From: Paraspadella gotoi
Taxonomy: Eukaryota > Animalia > Chaetognatha
Direction: 5' to 3'
Assembly: GCA_051294375.1 (NCBI GenBank)
Contig: CM119267.1
Location: 26,692,278-26,756,277, forward strand
DNA length: 64,000 nucleotides
Positions 52,639 to 64,000 of the stretch are shown in pieces. The position numbers and the translations under genes were made by a program. Numbering within the stretch: position 1 is the stretch's first letter; each line of letters begins with the position of its first letter. The notes beneath the pieces are model-generated. The model made no database searches, was not told where the DNA came from, and saw only the letters and a list, made by a program, of their open reading frames with translations.

Positions 52639-54290
52639 TATAATTCACTTTGTCGGTCCGTCGGGGTCCCGCCCGCTCAATATTGTCGGGGCATAACTTA
52701 TATCATGTCAGAAACTCGGATTATGATAAAGTTATGGCAAAAAAAATGGCTCCGTCTGTCGTCCGTCCCCCTTAGCAAAAAACACCCAATTAGCTCGTGA
52801 TTGGATTGGATGGATTTGAATGAAATTTTTCGGTGTGTGGGTAGGGAAGTGTGTGATTGGAGTGATATAAAGTCTCGATGGAATCGTCCGAGTGGAAATG
52901 AGTTTTAATGGAAAACAAAAATGTAAAAACGATACGACTAGCGATAATACGACTAGGGCATATCGGGCATGCAGCCAGGGCCTCGGGAGCTGCGACCCTC
53001 GACAGCGCGAGACTCAGCCGGACTAGTTCGAACGGAAGAGGTCGGGCCTTCCTCAGCGGTTGGGCGGATGCCCCACAGTGGGACCGGGAGCGGCGTCCAA
53101 CTTCGCGCATGGATGACTCCCACCTGTACCCAGGGAACATGCGACATACGCAGGCGACTTAACACGTTAGCGGCGGCGTGTGGGTGCTACTCAAGTCGAG
53201 CGCCCACCAGCGCATGCTAATTAGCGGTGTGGCACGTGCCGTGCGGGAGACGTTGGGGCGCCAGTCGTAGACAAAACCTTGTCTTCCCGGGGGACCCGCC
53301 AGGCTACCCGCTCGACTGAGCGGCATATATGAGAATTGCGGGACGGACGGATGGTCGAGGACTTCGCCGCGCCGGCGGGCGCATCCGCTCGCCCGCCCGG
53401 ACTATTTGAAACACCAATTGCTCAATGGTGGATTAGGGCGATTGACCTGGAATTTTGTATGTGAGTAGGAAAGTGTGTGATTGAACAGGAAACCAAGTTT
53501 CGATGGAATCGTTTGAGTGGAAATGAGTTTAAATGAAAAAAAAACCTGTTTCCACTAATTGATTATGATTTTTTTTCATTTTTATTAAAATGTATATTAA
53601 TCAATTAGTCAATTAATTAATCAATAATTAATTAATCAGTCAATCAATCCGTCCATCCATCCATCCATCTCACCTTAGCAAAAAGCCCCAATAACTCGTG
53701 ATTGGCTGGTTGGATTGGAAAGAAATTTTGTGTATGGGTAGCAACATGTGTGATGAAGCTGGATATAAAGTTTCGACGGAATCGTGTGAGTGGATATGAG
53801 TTTAAATGGAAAAAACATAAGTCGCATTTACTGAAATCTTTTTACTTATTTTAACCAATAAATAATAATAATAATTATAATTGGATGGATAGATTGAGTT
53901 CAAATTTTGTGTGTCGGTAGGAAAATGTGTGACGAAGCTTGATATAAAGTTTCGGTACGAGTGGAAATGAGTATAAATGAAAAAAAATGAGTCACATTTA
54001 CTTGACTCTTTTTACTTATTTTAACCCATAATAGATTGAGATGAAATTTTGTGAGCGGGAAGGAAAGTTTGTGAAGAAGCAAGATATAAAGTTTTGACGG
54101 AATTGTTCCAGTGGAAATGAGTTTAAATGGAAAAAATATAAGTCACATTTACTTTATTTTAAGGACATCGATGATGATAAGCTGTATATAAATTTATAAT
54201 TATTAAATATTAAAATTAATTAATTAATCGATTAATTAATTAATTATTAATTTTCGTAGGCAGATCCGACATTGTTTGCTCAAACTTGTT
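52639..54290 (+). mobile_element. HINE family 1 copy, 5' truncated
   Basis: Core, tandem units and 3' terminus GCAGATCCGACATTGTTTGCTCAAACTTG. Further family 1 3' ends lie at ~1035, ~5288, ~20128 (+) and ~63568 (-). Confidence 0.8.
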
Positions 54291-55110
54291 TTTACCAAAT
54301 TTAATGTCCCAAAGCTGAGATAATTCTTTCCAAAGTGCTCAAAAATTGAAAAAAACACTATTTTTTAAACCTTAATAAAAATGGGATTATTATAGTTTTG
54401 TTTCAATACTTGGCAATTAGGTCAAAAATTGTTCATATTTTGTGGTAGTGCAGGGTTGTGGAGCTGGCCATTTTTTCTCCAGCTCCAGCTCCGGCCAAAA
54501 AAATTTTTCAGCTCCAGCTCCAACTCCGTCTCCATCCTATATTTTTTTCCAGCTCCAGCTCCAATAAAAATTTTGAGACAGCTCCAGCTCCAGCTCCCAG
54601 CTCCGACCCTTTAATGTTTAATGTTACTTGTATTTAAATCAGTACTAATTTTATTAAGTAAAAAAAAAACATTTGTACCATACATAATTAAAAGTTTATT
54701 TAATTTATATAAAATAACATTTATCTAAAATTTTACCTTTTACATTTTAAAATATTTTGATTATTTATCAGGATTTTACTATCTAGTTTGAGGCTCAGTA
54801 TTTCATGAGTTATGCTACATTGAATCATGTGATCACCTTTTAAGCTAGCTAAAAGATGGCTACAGTTAGAGAAAGGGGAAGGTCTCACTCCCAATGTCAA
54901 GGAACCATGGACAAACCTTAGCCCGCCTTGTCTTAAGGCAAGAAGATGGCAGCCGGCTGAAGCCCAAGGGCCAAGGCATTTTTCAAAAAGGATCTTTGCC
55001 CGACTCTAATATGTCGACTCGACATTGTCGAGGTCCTTAAGTCTGAGAACTCAAGATCCAAATGACCTATGACATGCAAAGGACCCGGTTAGATCGTCAC
55101 TGCCTTTTGG

Positions 55111-55661
55111 ACTGTATTCCGTCACTACAGATGGGTGAGACGCCCCGTCCCGCTTTTATTTGTTTGAGTCCTTTGGGTTAGGAGGAACTCGTGCTACCTC
55201 CGGCGCCATAGGTGCTACTGATTCTCAGACGAGTAGCAGGGTATGAAATACTACCGCGACACATCGCCCCCGAGGCATCACACACCCGCGCAAGTGTGAT
55301 GGCTTTGAAGCAATCGTTGTGCCCGAGCACTCTAGGAGGGGCTGCCTATGACTGCTCCCGTCTTCACGCACGATGGTCGAGGGCAGAGGTATGTTAACAT
55401 GCCCGAGCAGAGCTGTATTAACGTGCCAGTGTGTTTGTGTGGGCTCACCAATGTGACGATGCCGCGAGCAGTTTACAGTCCGATGCACATTGCACACAAG
55501 GCTGTACTCCGTCACTACAGGTGGGTTAGACGCCCCATACCGCTTTTACATGTGTGAATCAGCAGGGCACGAACGCGAGTCCTTTGGGTTGGGAGGAGCT
55601 CGTTCTACCTCCGGCGCCATAGGTGTTTCTGAGTAGCAGGGCATGAAATACTACCTCTACA
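55111..55661 (-). mobile_element. TRIM family C (3' LTR truncated or rearranged)
   Basis: Direct repeats 55111-55261 and 55452-55661, minus-strand PBS TGGTGAGCCC at 55441-55450, PPT-like GGGGGCG. Its tRNA-like core is shared with family B. Confidence 0.75.
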
Positions 55662-55884
55662 CTTTCACTCTCCCTCACTCTTTTGTACTTATTCTTAACT
55701 TGTCCTTAACCTCCCAATGTCTTTTTCTTAATTTTTTATTGGAAACCTCTCTCTCTCTCTGTGTGTCTCTCTCTCTCACTTTCACACACACAAACCTTAT
55801 ACTTTCGTTGACGTTTAGTCAAATAACGAGGGTAATTATAAGTGGCAAAGTATTTGGTTGACAATGGTTTTATTTATGACGGAC

Positions 55885-56621
55885 TATGGCAACGGAGGAT
55901 AGCCTGTGATACCCGGGGCGCGGGGTATCTCACCAACTGGCGTAGGGGCTGCGGACCCTCAGTGACCGCCTCCTGTCACTGGCATGTTTATACCGGCACG
56001 TCACATTTAAGCCAGAACCGGGGATACCCAGGGATTGAACCCGGGACGCACGGATGGAATGAGATGATTTAGCCTGCTCAGCCATTGAGACGAGGCTGAG
56101 GATGGACAGCAGTGAGGCAGCTTTAAGTCTTGCTGCCACAGGATCCCCCCACCAGACTTCTCCAGCAGGGCCTCAATCCTGAGGAGATGTCTGAGAGAAG
56201 GTTTTGATCTCATTGCCATAGTGAGAGCGAGCGCGGCGAGCGAGCGAGCGAGTCTGGAGCGTTACCAGAGAAGTAGGCATAGGCGTGATATGCATACCCT
56301 AGCGACGTAAGCGTGGGCGCACGGTGCGCAGCGGTTGCGTGTTCGAGAGTAGGGCTCACCACTTATGGCAACGGGAGGATAGCCTGTGATACCCGGGGCG
56401 CGGGGTACTCTCACCAACTGGCGTAGGGGCTGCGGACCCTCAGTCACCGCCTCCTGTCACTGGCATGTTTATACCGGCGCGTCACATTTAAGCCAGAACC
56501 GGGATACCCAGGGGATTGAACCCGGGACGCACGGATGGAATGAGATGATTTAGCCTGCTCAGCCATTGAGACGAGGCTGAGGACGGACAGCAGTGGGCCA
56601 GCTTTAAGTCTTGCTGCCACA
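55885..56621 (-). mobile_element. TRIM family A' with tRNA-like cassette in its LTRs (Helenus-like)
   Basis: LTRs 55885-56140 and 56364-56621, perfect TSD GGAC, same PBS as family A. Each LTR has an A box TGGCTGAGCAGG and a T-arm/B box (CCGGG-TTCAATC-CCTGG in the first LTR). Confidence 0.9.
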
Positions 56622-57257
56622 GGACAATGATTAGGGTGATGACATAGGTAACGATGACACGATGACAAAGGTTAAGACAAAGGTGATGACAATATTAAAA
56701 CAGTTCAATCATTATTAATACTTGAATAAAATATATATTAATAGTTTTAAAAAATATTTTTAAAATTTTTTAAAAATATTTTATAATAAAATTATTATTA
56801 ATAAAAATAAATTTATTTTATAGCCTAACAAGTAGAACTGCATTACTATTATATATAGAACATTTGTATCTTAATTTTTACTTATAATTCAATAAAGAAA
56901 ATTGTTAAAAAGTTAGGAAAGGTTTCAAATTAAAGCTTATGCTTTGTAGATAATGTTAGTCATATAAAGTTTATTAGACATTAAAATTGTAAGCATATTC
57001 ACTATCACTACTATAATATATTTATAAAAAACTTTAATTAGTATTTACCAAAAATCCTGCTCTGTTCGGATTTGCTGCCTACTACATTAAGTGCTAAAAA
57101 ATGAAAAGAGTATTGATTATGAAAACCAATACTACAAACATAAAAGCTATGAATATAAAATACATGATGCAATAATCATTTCTTTTCATTGGTTTTTAAA
57201 TATTAATGAAAGCAAATATTTTTGAAATTGTTATAACAATTTATTTTTATTTAAGAG

Positions 57258-57301
57258 ATGGACATGTTTCGGCTAGTTGACTTCAAGCCTTCATCAACAT
57301 T
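57258..57301 (-). ncRNA. Second minimal hammerhead variant (C3U)
   Basis: AUG-UUGAUGA-A-GGCU-(11 nt)-AGCC-GAAA-CAUG-UC^CAU, between inverted tails 57208-57255 / 57313-57362. Confidence 0.7.
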
Positions 57302-59467
57302 TAACACTTAACACTTAAATAAAATAAATTGTTGTAACAATTTCAAAAACCACTTTGCTTTCTCGAATATAAAATAAAAAAAGGAAGGAAAAAAGTTAAA
57401 AAAAACGGACTGATTAATAGATCCACAATTAAAAAAACGCAATTCTAGTAGTTAATGAAGCTAGTAAATAAAAGAATAAACTACTAAAACCGTTCTAAGT
57501 TCATATTCAAATAAAAAACTGTTAAAAATTTATTGAAGTTAGGTTGCTCAGTTATTTCATTCTTACATCAAATGAAAAAATGATCGAAAATTAAATTTTG
57601 TTATTTCTGGTAGTGAATCTCGTTACATTTAATTAATTCTTTTTATCTAAAAGCCTTTGCAGAGTTTTGATTTAATTATATTATTTTTTGCAAGATCTTG
57701 CTGTTAAAATCTGATACGTCATATAAAAAGTAAGAATTATTCTATACTTTTTGAAAACAGTTATTATTCTGGATATCTACTTAAATTACATATTTGTAAG
57801 GTAGTTTTTAAAAAAGTGCTCACTATGGCTGTTTTCCATATAAATTTTTTGGTTGAAAGCTGAGATTAAACAGGTTCTAAAAATGTTACCGGTTTTATTC
57901 CGCATTTGTCCAATCTCAAATATTAGGACCCAAAATAATTTTAAAAATCTGTTAACCCTGTAGCTTAGTCAAACTACTACTTTATAGGATGGGGAATGAA
58001 GATAAAGGGGTAAATATTCTAAAATTAAGATCAGAAAAAGTTTTTAACATTTTTTTAATGATATATTTTTTTAAAAAATAATTTTTTTCATTAATAATAA
58101 CAAATATTATTGCTATTAAAAGCTGCATATGAGATTAAATAAAGCACTTAACTACTTTGAGATTAAGTTTTAATTAAACATCATATATTTTTTATAATAA
58201 AAATAAGTTAATAATCTGTTTTATTTATTTTTTATTATAATTTTATATTATTTTTTATTTAAACATTTGTTTAAAGCCTTATAAGCAGAACTGTATTTTT
58301 TATATCTTTTTATTTTTAAAAAAATATTCTATTTGAAAGTACTAATTGATTAATTCTTTTTTAAAAAAAATTTAATTTTTATGTATAATTCAATAATGAA
58401 AAATCGTAAAAGTTGGGAGAGGTCTCAAATTAAAGCTTATGTTTTGTAGATAATGATAGAATATATAACATTCAAATTGTAAGCACACAGACAAAAATAA
58501 TAAATAAATATTTTTTCAAATTTTTTCAAAGATTTAACAATTCATAGCTCCTGAACAAAATTAAAAAACTAATACCTATTTACGCCAATAGAAAGCCCAA
58601 GGTTTACTCTAGAGGATTTAGTCTGTTTTATACTTATTTTACATTATTTTCAAAGTTATAAAGGGAAAATAAAAAAAATGTGACTTAAAATGGCCGAGAA
58701 TTCGGTTTTTTAAACATCAATAATTGGAAAAGTATTTTCGGATTTTTAAAAATAAAGTATGTAAAATGAAGTATTTTTTCCGCTCTTTAAATTAACGCAG
58801 GTTAAATTTGATTCAGACTGATATTTTTTAAGATATCTATCATTTTTAATGAAAAAAACCGTTTTTTTGCAAAATTTAAAGAGTTGCAAGCACTTATTGA
58901 TCGATTTTTCAAAAAACAAAGATAGAAAAAAATTAGTAGCAATATAGGGACTAATTTGTACTATAGTGCTAAATTCTGTAAAAAACTTTATAAAATTTGC
59001 TAAGGCCTAGTGTAGAGGTGAATGCCTAGAGTTCTCTTAGCAATTTTGACCATCAATCCCTCCGTCGGTTCCTCTGTCGGTCATTGGTCATTCTAAGGTT
59101 GAAGTAAGGTCTGTGATTCGTCGGTATTCTGATGATTCGTGAAGGAGACGAGCAATTCACATCACTAGGCCAACCAAGTCCGTTTATAGGTCCATTCCGT
59201 TGATGCTTTGTAAAAAATTTTTACAAATCATTAATTTTTTGCGCAAATGAAGACTTAGATCTAAAGTCGAAAAATTTTCCTTTTTCTCTTTCAGAATAAA
59301 ATTGTTGCAGTGACTTTCTTTTCATTTGTAAACTGATTTTATATTTGTCACCAAATTTAAATCTACATTATTATTTTACATATACTTATTCAACATAATT
59401 GTAAATGTGTCACTATGTAGCAATTTAAAAAAAATATAAAAAGATTTAATTTTTAAAGGTAAAAATA

Positions 59468-60544
59468 TTTTACCAAGTCACGGCGAAGCCGGTTCAGGCT
59501 CTATAATAATTTAGGACTGCTTCTTTGTGACGTAGTCGTCGTCGTCACGCTGTTTTTATATAAAAACTACTGCGCTTTTATAGGTTTGGCTGTGACTTAC
59601 CGTTTTTTTTAATAAAAATTATTATGAATTATGATAAAGTTTTACAAAAGGTGTGCCATCATAGTAATTTAAAAATTTAGATATGGCTTCTCATCTTGAA
59701 ATAGCTTAGATATTTTCTTATTACATTTGGATTTAAGTATTTTTTTTTTTTGAATTTCCACGTACGATCGTCTCGTTTTTTGAAAAATTTCTTATTATTT
59801 TTCCTTCTAAAAACTTTTATTATCGCCATTTATTTTTTTTTCTCAATACAAAATCCCAATTTACATCCGAGATTTTCGTGGATTCATTTTAGAAAAAGGG
59901 AAGAATAACTTATAATGCAGGCAATGTCACATGTACATCGACTTGTGTGACAGGTAAGCGATACCTGCTATATATCCGGCAATTGCCGCGGATTAATATA
60001 AATAATATATAATATAAAAAATATAACAATCTAAAATTTTATTCAAGATAAAAGTTTTTTAAGATGAGGAAATGAAATTTATTTGAATAAGTAAAAAAAA
60101 TATTTGGAAGTCAAAAATATCATAGTCGTTAACTGATTATTGTCAACTATATATTTTGTTAATAGAGATTTATAATTTTTTGACCGTTATTATTGAAAAT
60201 AGTTTAGCTTTATAGCGACGAGTTTTCCATTCATACAATCAATATTAATCTCATTCATTTTCAATAATATGCTAAAAAATAAGGTTTTCAACCTCATTTT
60301 GAACTAGATGAACAAAAGACTTCAATCTTATTTCAATTGAAAAAAAAAAAAATAGAAAGTTAATTGATGCTTAATCACACTCTAATAAAAACAATTTTAT
60401 TTTTATCACGCCACTTTTTTTCTAATACAAAATCTCAAATTTATTTCCGAGATTTTCGTGGATTTTTATTTTTTTCCTTCTAAAAAACTTTTATTATATT
60501 TTTATTATTCTCTCTATATTTCTCTCTCAATCAACTCTATGTCG

Positions 60545-60580
<36 letters not shown>

Positions 60581-61043
60581 TCTTATTAACTCATCACGCA
60601 ATGAATGACTAGCATCTCATCAATGAATGACTATCATCGCATCAATGAATGACTATCATCGCATCAATGAATGACTATCATCGCATCAAGAATGACTATC
60701 ATCGCATCAATGAATGACTATCATCGCATCATGAATGACTATCATCGCATCAATGAACTATCATGATCATGATGACTATCATCATCAATGAATGACTATC
60801 ATCGCATCAATGAATGACTATCATCGCATCAATGAATGACTATCATCGCATCAATGAATGATTATCATCCGATCAATGAAGGACTATCATCGCATCAATG
60901 AATGATTATCAGTGCATCAGATGAATGACTATTATCGCATCCCATCATTTGGTTATCATCGCCATCAATCCTTCGGTTATCATCGCATCAATATTTGGTT
61001 ATCATCAAAAGTAGGCTCGATTCCTTATGCTTTTAAGATTTTT
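59468..61043 (+). mobile_element. HINE-like family 2 carrying a 22-bp satellite
   Basis: 5' hairpin CGGC-GAA-GCCGGTTCAGGCTCTATAA (cleaner copy at 3256-3360 begins ATCGAGCC). 3' subTIR GGCTCGAT plus CTTA-TGCTTT-TAAG stem-loop. An inverted 3' end lies at 18845-18880. Confidence 0.7.
60590..61005. repeat. 22-bp tandem array (ATGAATGACTATCATCGCATCA)
   Basis: Visible units inside the family 2 HINE. Confidence 0.9.
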
Positions 61044-62596
61044 CTTGAAGCCAACAAGCCGAAACATCTCCGTCTTTAATAAAAATGTTGTAATATTTTT
61101 CAAAAATACTTTGCTTTCTCTAAAGAAAAATGAGCTGTATCTAAAAAGTGTGGTTAGCAAAGGTAACAGACAAAATTGTTTTACTAAATTTACTCAACCA
61201 TTCATTTCAATCATAAGGTTTGTTAAATTAAAATATAACGATGGCCATTTGAAATAGAAGATGGAATGGTGATGTTGGCAGATTGAATAATAGTGCTAAA
61301 CAGCGTTAGAACAGAGAAAGAATAAGATATAAATTTATTGTAATTTTTCGGACAATTATTTCTACTTAAATTTGCTGTTTCTGTTTGCACATGTTGATTT
61401 AGTCTTTGCTTGCCATTAGAAACATAATGAAAAAGTTAAAAAATAATGATTTATTTGAAATTCATCAGAAGTATATATAAATAGAATGGAAAATAAAGCC
61501 TTAAAAATATTTTAGGTTTCTTAAATTAAGGTGTTCAAGCTGTTGTTCAGGTATAATATAGTTAAATTGATTCATTATATTTTTTTATAATACTTTCAAT
61601 CAAATCGCGTTAAAAATGTTTACAAGTTTCAAGACAGAAACTTTGCAGGAATAAGTTTTATTTTTTTGTCACAAACAAATGAAACTTATTCCTGCAAATT
61701 CCTAAAGCAACGAAACGAAAGGATTACACAATACACAATAAAGACAGAAACTTGTAAGTAAAACTATCTTAATTAATGGTCACTGTCATCAAATAGCATT
61801 TCCTTCATATTTGAAGAAATTTATATTATTTTTCATTTTTATAAATTTTATTAATTTCAAAAAATTTCTTGGAGCTGGAGTTGGACCTTTTGTTTTCCGC
61901 TCCGACTCCAGCTCCAGCTCCGGCCAAGATAAAATCTCAGCTCCAGCTCCCGCTTCGGTAATAAAAATTCAGCTCCAGCTCCAGCTCCGGCCAAATATGG
62001 CAGCTCCGACTCCAGCTCCAGCTCCACATCCCTGTGGTAGTGACATGTCCAGGGAATAAAAGAAATATTATAGTATATTCCTCAATCGATTTTTAAATTT
62101 GGCAGAACATTTTACTTTTTTTAACAAGTTTTTAGAGTACGCTAAACGTTTCTCTGATTCCGCAAAATAGAATTTGAGAAATAAAAAAAATTATAGTACC
62201 AATAGTTGGTGTTATTTCCTTTCTATTCTTTCTTTCCTTTCTTTTCTTTTTTCCTTTCTTTTTTTCCTTTCTTTTTTTTCTCTTCTTTTTTTCCTTTCTT
62301 TTCTTTTTTTCCTTTCTTTCCTTTCTTTTCTTTCTTTCCTTTCTATTCTTTCTTTATATTTATTCTTTTCTTCTTTTTCTTTGTTTATAAATTAATTTTC
62401 TTTTCTCAAATTTGATTTTTTTTTAGTATAAAAATTTGTCGTCTAAGATTTTTATACTATGAGATCAGATGAAAATTGTCTTGATATCATTTACAAATAT
62501 ATAAAATTCATACAATTCTTAGTTTTAATACTTGCTACCATTAAATTTCCAATGATTAATTGTAGAATTTAATTCAATCCTTGTTTTTCTTTACAG

Positions 62597-62751
62597 CGTT
62601 GCAAAATTATCTATGCCAAGTCTCTTCGATTTGTCGGTTCACTGGCCGGCGACTGATACCATCCTCGACCTCGACCGAAGTTGGATGCGTCGGCCACTCG
62701 AAGCTGACGACGTCAGAAGAGCCGCATTCTTTGTTCTTTTTATTACTTTGT
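62597..62751 (+). CDS. PIGN: PIGN internal exon
   Basis: tttacag acceptor and gttagt donor. Ends ...RRPLEADDVRRAAFFVLFITL, matching PIGN '[20 protein letters not shown]'. Confidence 0.9.
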
Positions 62752-62830
62752 GTTAGTCGCCTTCATAATGACACAACTAATCATTAATATTTAGGAATAT
62801 TATATTTTATTTTTGTTTCCGACTTGTCAG

Positions 62831-62991
62831 CCTTTTTTGGAACGGGCAACGTGGCTTCGGTTAACAGTTTTGATCCTTCATTCACCGCGTCCTTCATTAC
62901 GATCTTCAATCCTTTCCTCATGGGTGGACTCCTTCTTCTTAAAATTATCATCCCCTTTCTGCTTGTCGCCGTCGCGCTTAAGGCCGTCCAG
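62831..62991 (+). CDS. PIGN: PIGN internal exon with the FFGTGNxASxNSFD signature
   Basis: ttgtcag acceptor and cag|gtttcg donor. Translates (S)FFGTGNVASVNSFDPSFTASFITIFNPFLMGGLLLLKIIIPFLLVAVALKAVQ, the highly conserved PigN motif. The gene continues beyond both window edges. Confidence 0.95.
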
Positions 62992-63654
62992 GTTTCGCAC
63001 TTCGCAATTAAAATTAACGCCATTAAATTTAAAGACTTTTCCATCTGCCTGTCCAATAAAGCGTATGTAGCAAAAATATTAAAAATCAAGGAGAATCAAA
63101 ATTCAAAGAGTAGATCATGAACAGTAAGGCGTAAGTTACATACAAAAATTATAAAAGTCAATTATGAACAACATACCATCAGTGAACATTAATTTGTAAA
63201 AAAAAAATTGAAATGAAATTTTAAATATTTACAGTTAAAGTTAAAAGTCCTTTGGCTATTAAAAAACGAATCTTTTTAAGATGTAATAATTGATAAATAT
63301 GATAGGATTTTTTTATGATATGGATGATAATCCTTTGTTATAAAGCTGTCATATAACAGTAAAAAACCATTAGCAGTCAGAATAGATCAAAAACTTTTAA
63401 TAATACATATTTAATTGATTATCGAGCACTATTTCCGGTTTGGGACATGCCCACTATTGATGAAAACCCATTTTTGAACATTTTTTATCTAAGTTCTACT
63501 TATTAAATAATTGTACTAATTGCAAGATAAGTAAAAAACATTCTGCCTAACTTTTCATTTGTAGTAAAAACAAGTTTGAGCAAACAATGTCGGATCTGCC
63601 TACAATAATTAAGCGATAATCTGCTAATCAGATGATAAATCATAATTTTTTTAA

Positions 63655-63942
63655 TTTTTTTTAACTCGCATCATTTTTTTAACTCGCATCATTTTTTTAA
63701 CTCGCATCATTTTTTTAACTCACATCATTTTTGAACTCGCATAATTCTAACTCGCATAATTTTAACTTGCATAATTTTTTCAACTTCCATCATTTTTTCA
63801 ATTTGCATCATTTTTACAATTCGCATCATTGTTTTAACTCGCATTATTTTTTCAACTTGCATCATTTTTTCAACTTGCATAATTTTTAACTTGCATCATT
63901 TTTTCAACTTGCATCATTTTTTCAAATTGTATCATTTTTTCA
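63655..63942. repeat. 18-19-bp array (TTTTTTAACTCGCATCAT)
   Basis: Visible units just inside a HINE family 1 3' terminus. Confidence 0.88.
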
Positions 63943-64000
63943 ATTAATTAATTAATTAAAACATTTATTAGTAATCATAAATAAAAAGATTCAAGAAAAT

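Larger units (their letters stand above)
54451..62034. mobile_element. 7.6-kb hAT-like TIR element with nested inserts
   Basis: TIR CAGGGTTGTGGAGCTGG / CCAGCTCCACATCCCTG, perfect 8-bp TSD TGGTAGTG (54443-54450 and 62035-62042), subterminal (CTCCAG)n arrays. No transposase ORF seen. Confidence 0.8.

Noticed and set aside
52930-53400. GC-rich insert inside a HINE with short ORFs
   Set aside because: No termini, TSD or motif, and flanked by error-rich sequence; most likely a junk read segment.
59128-59160. CTGATGA plus a short stem
   Set aside because: Lacks the GAAA core element.

Overview
AT-rich, repeat-dense eukaryotic (probably invertebrate animal) DNA. The only recognisable host gene is the 3' half of PIGN/MCD4 (GPI ethanolamine-phosphate transferase 1). 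It has eight + strand exons (5297-62991) with mutually consistent phases, split by introns of about 22 kb, 22 kb and 10 kb. The introns hold nested mobile DNA: a decayed full-length Ty3/gypsy element (21080-27455); four types of miniature non-autonomous LTR elements (TRIMs) that share a tRNA-Trp-type primer site, three with clear tRNA-like Pol III cassettes in their LTRs; three Helentron/DINE-like (HINE) families carrying satellites; TA-TSD and 8-bp-TSD TIR elements; and Penelope-type pLTR remnants with minimal hammerhead ribozymes. The stretches ~32.5-37.3 kb and ~40.2-52.4 kb look like low-accuracy long-read gap fill, including a probable fold-back artefact. All calls were read by eye and homologies are from recall; no searches were run.
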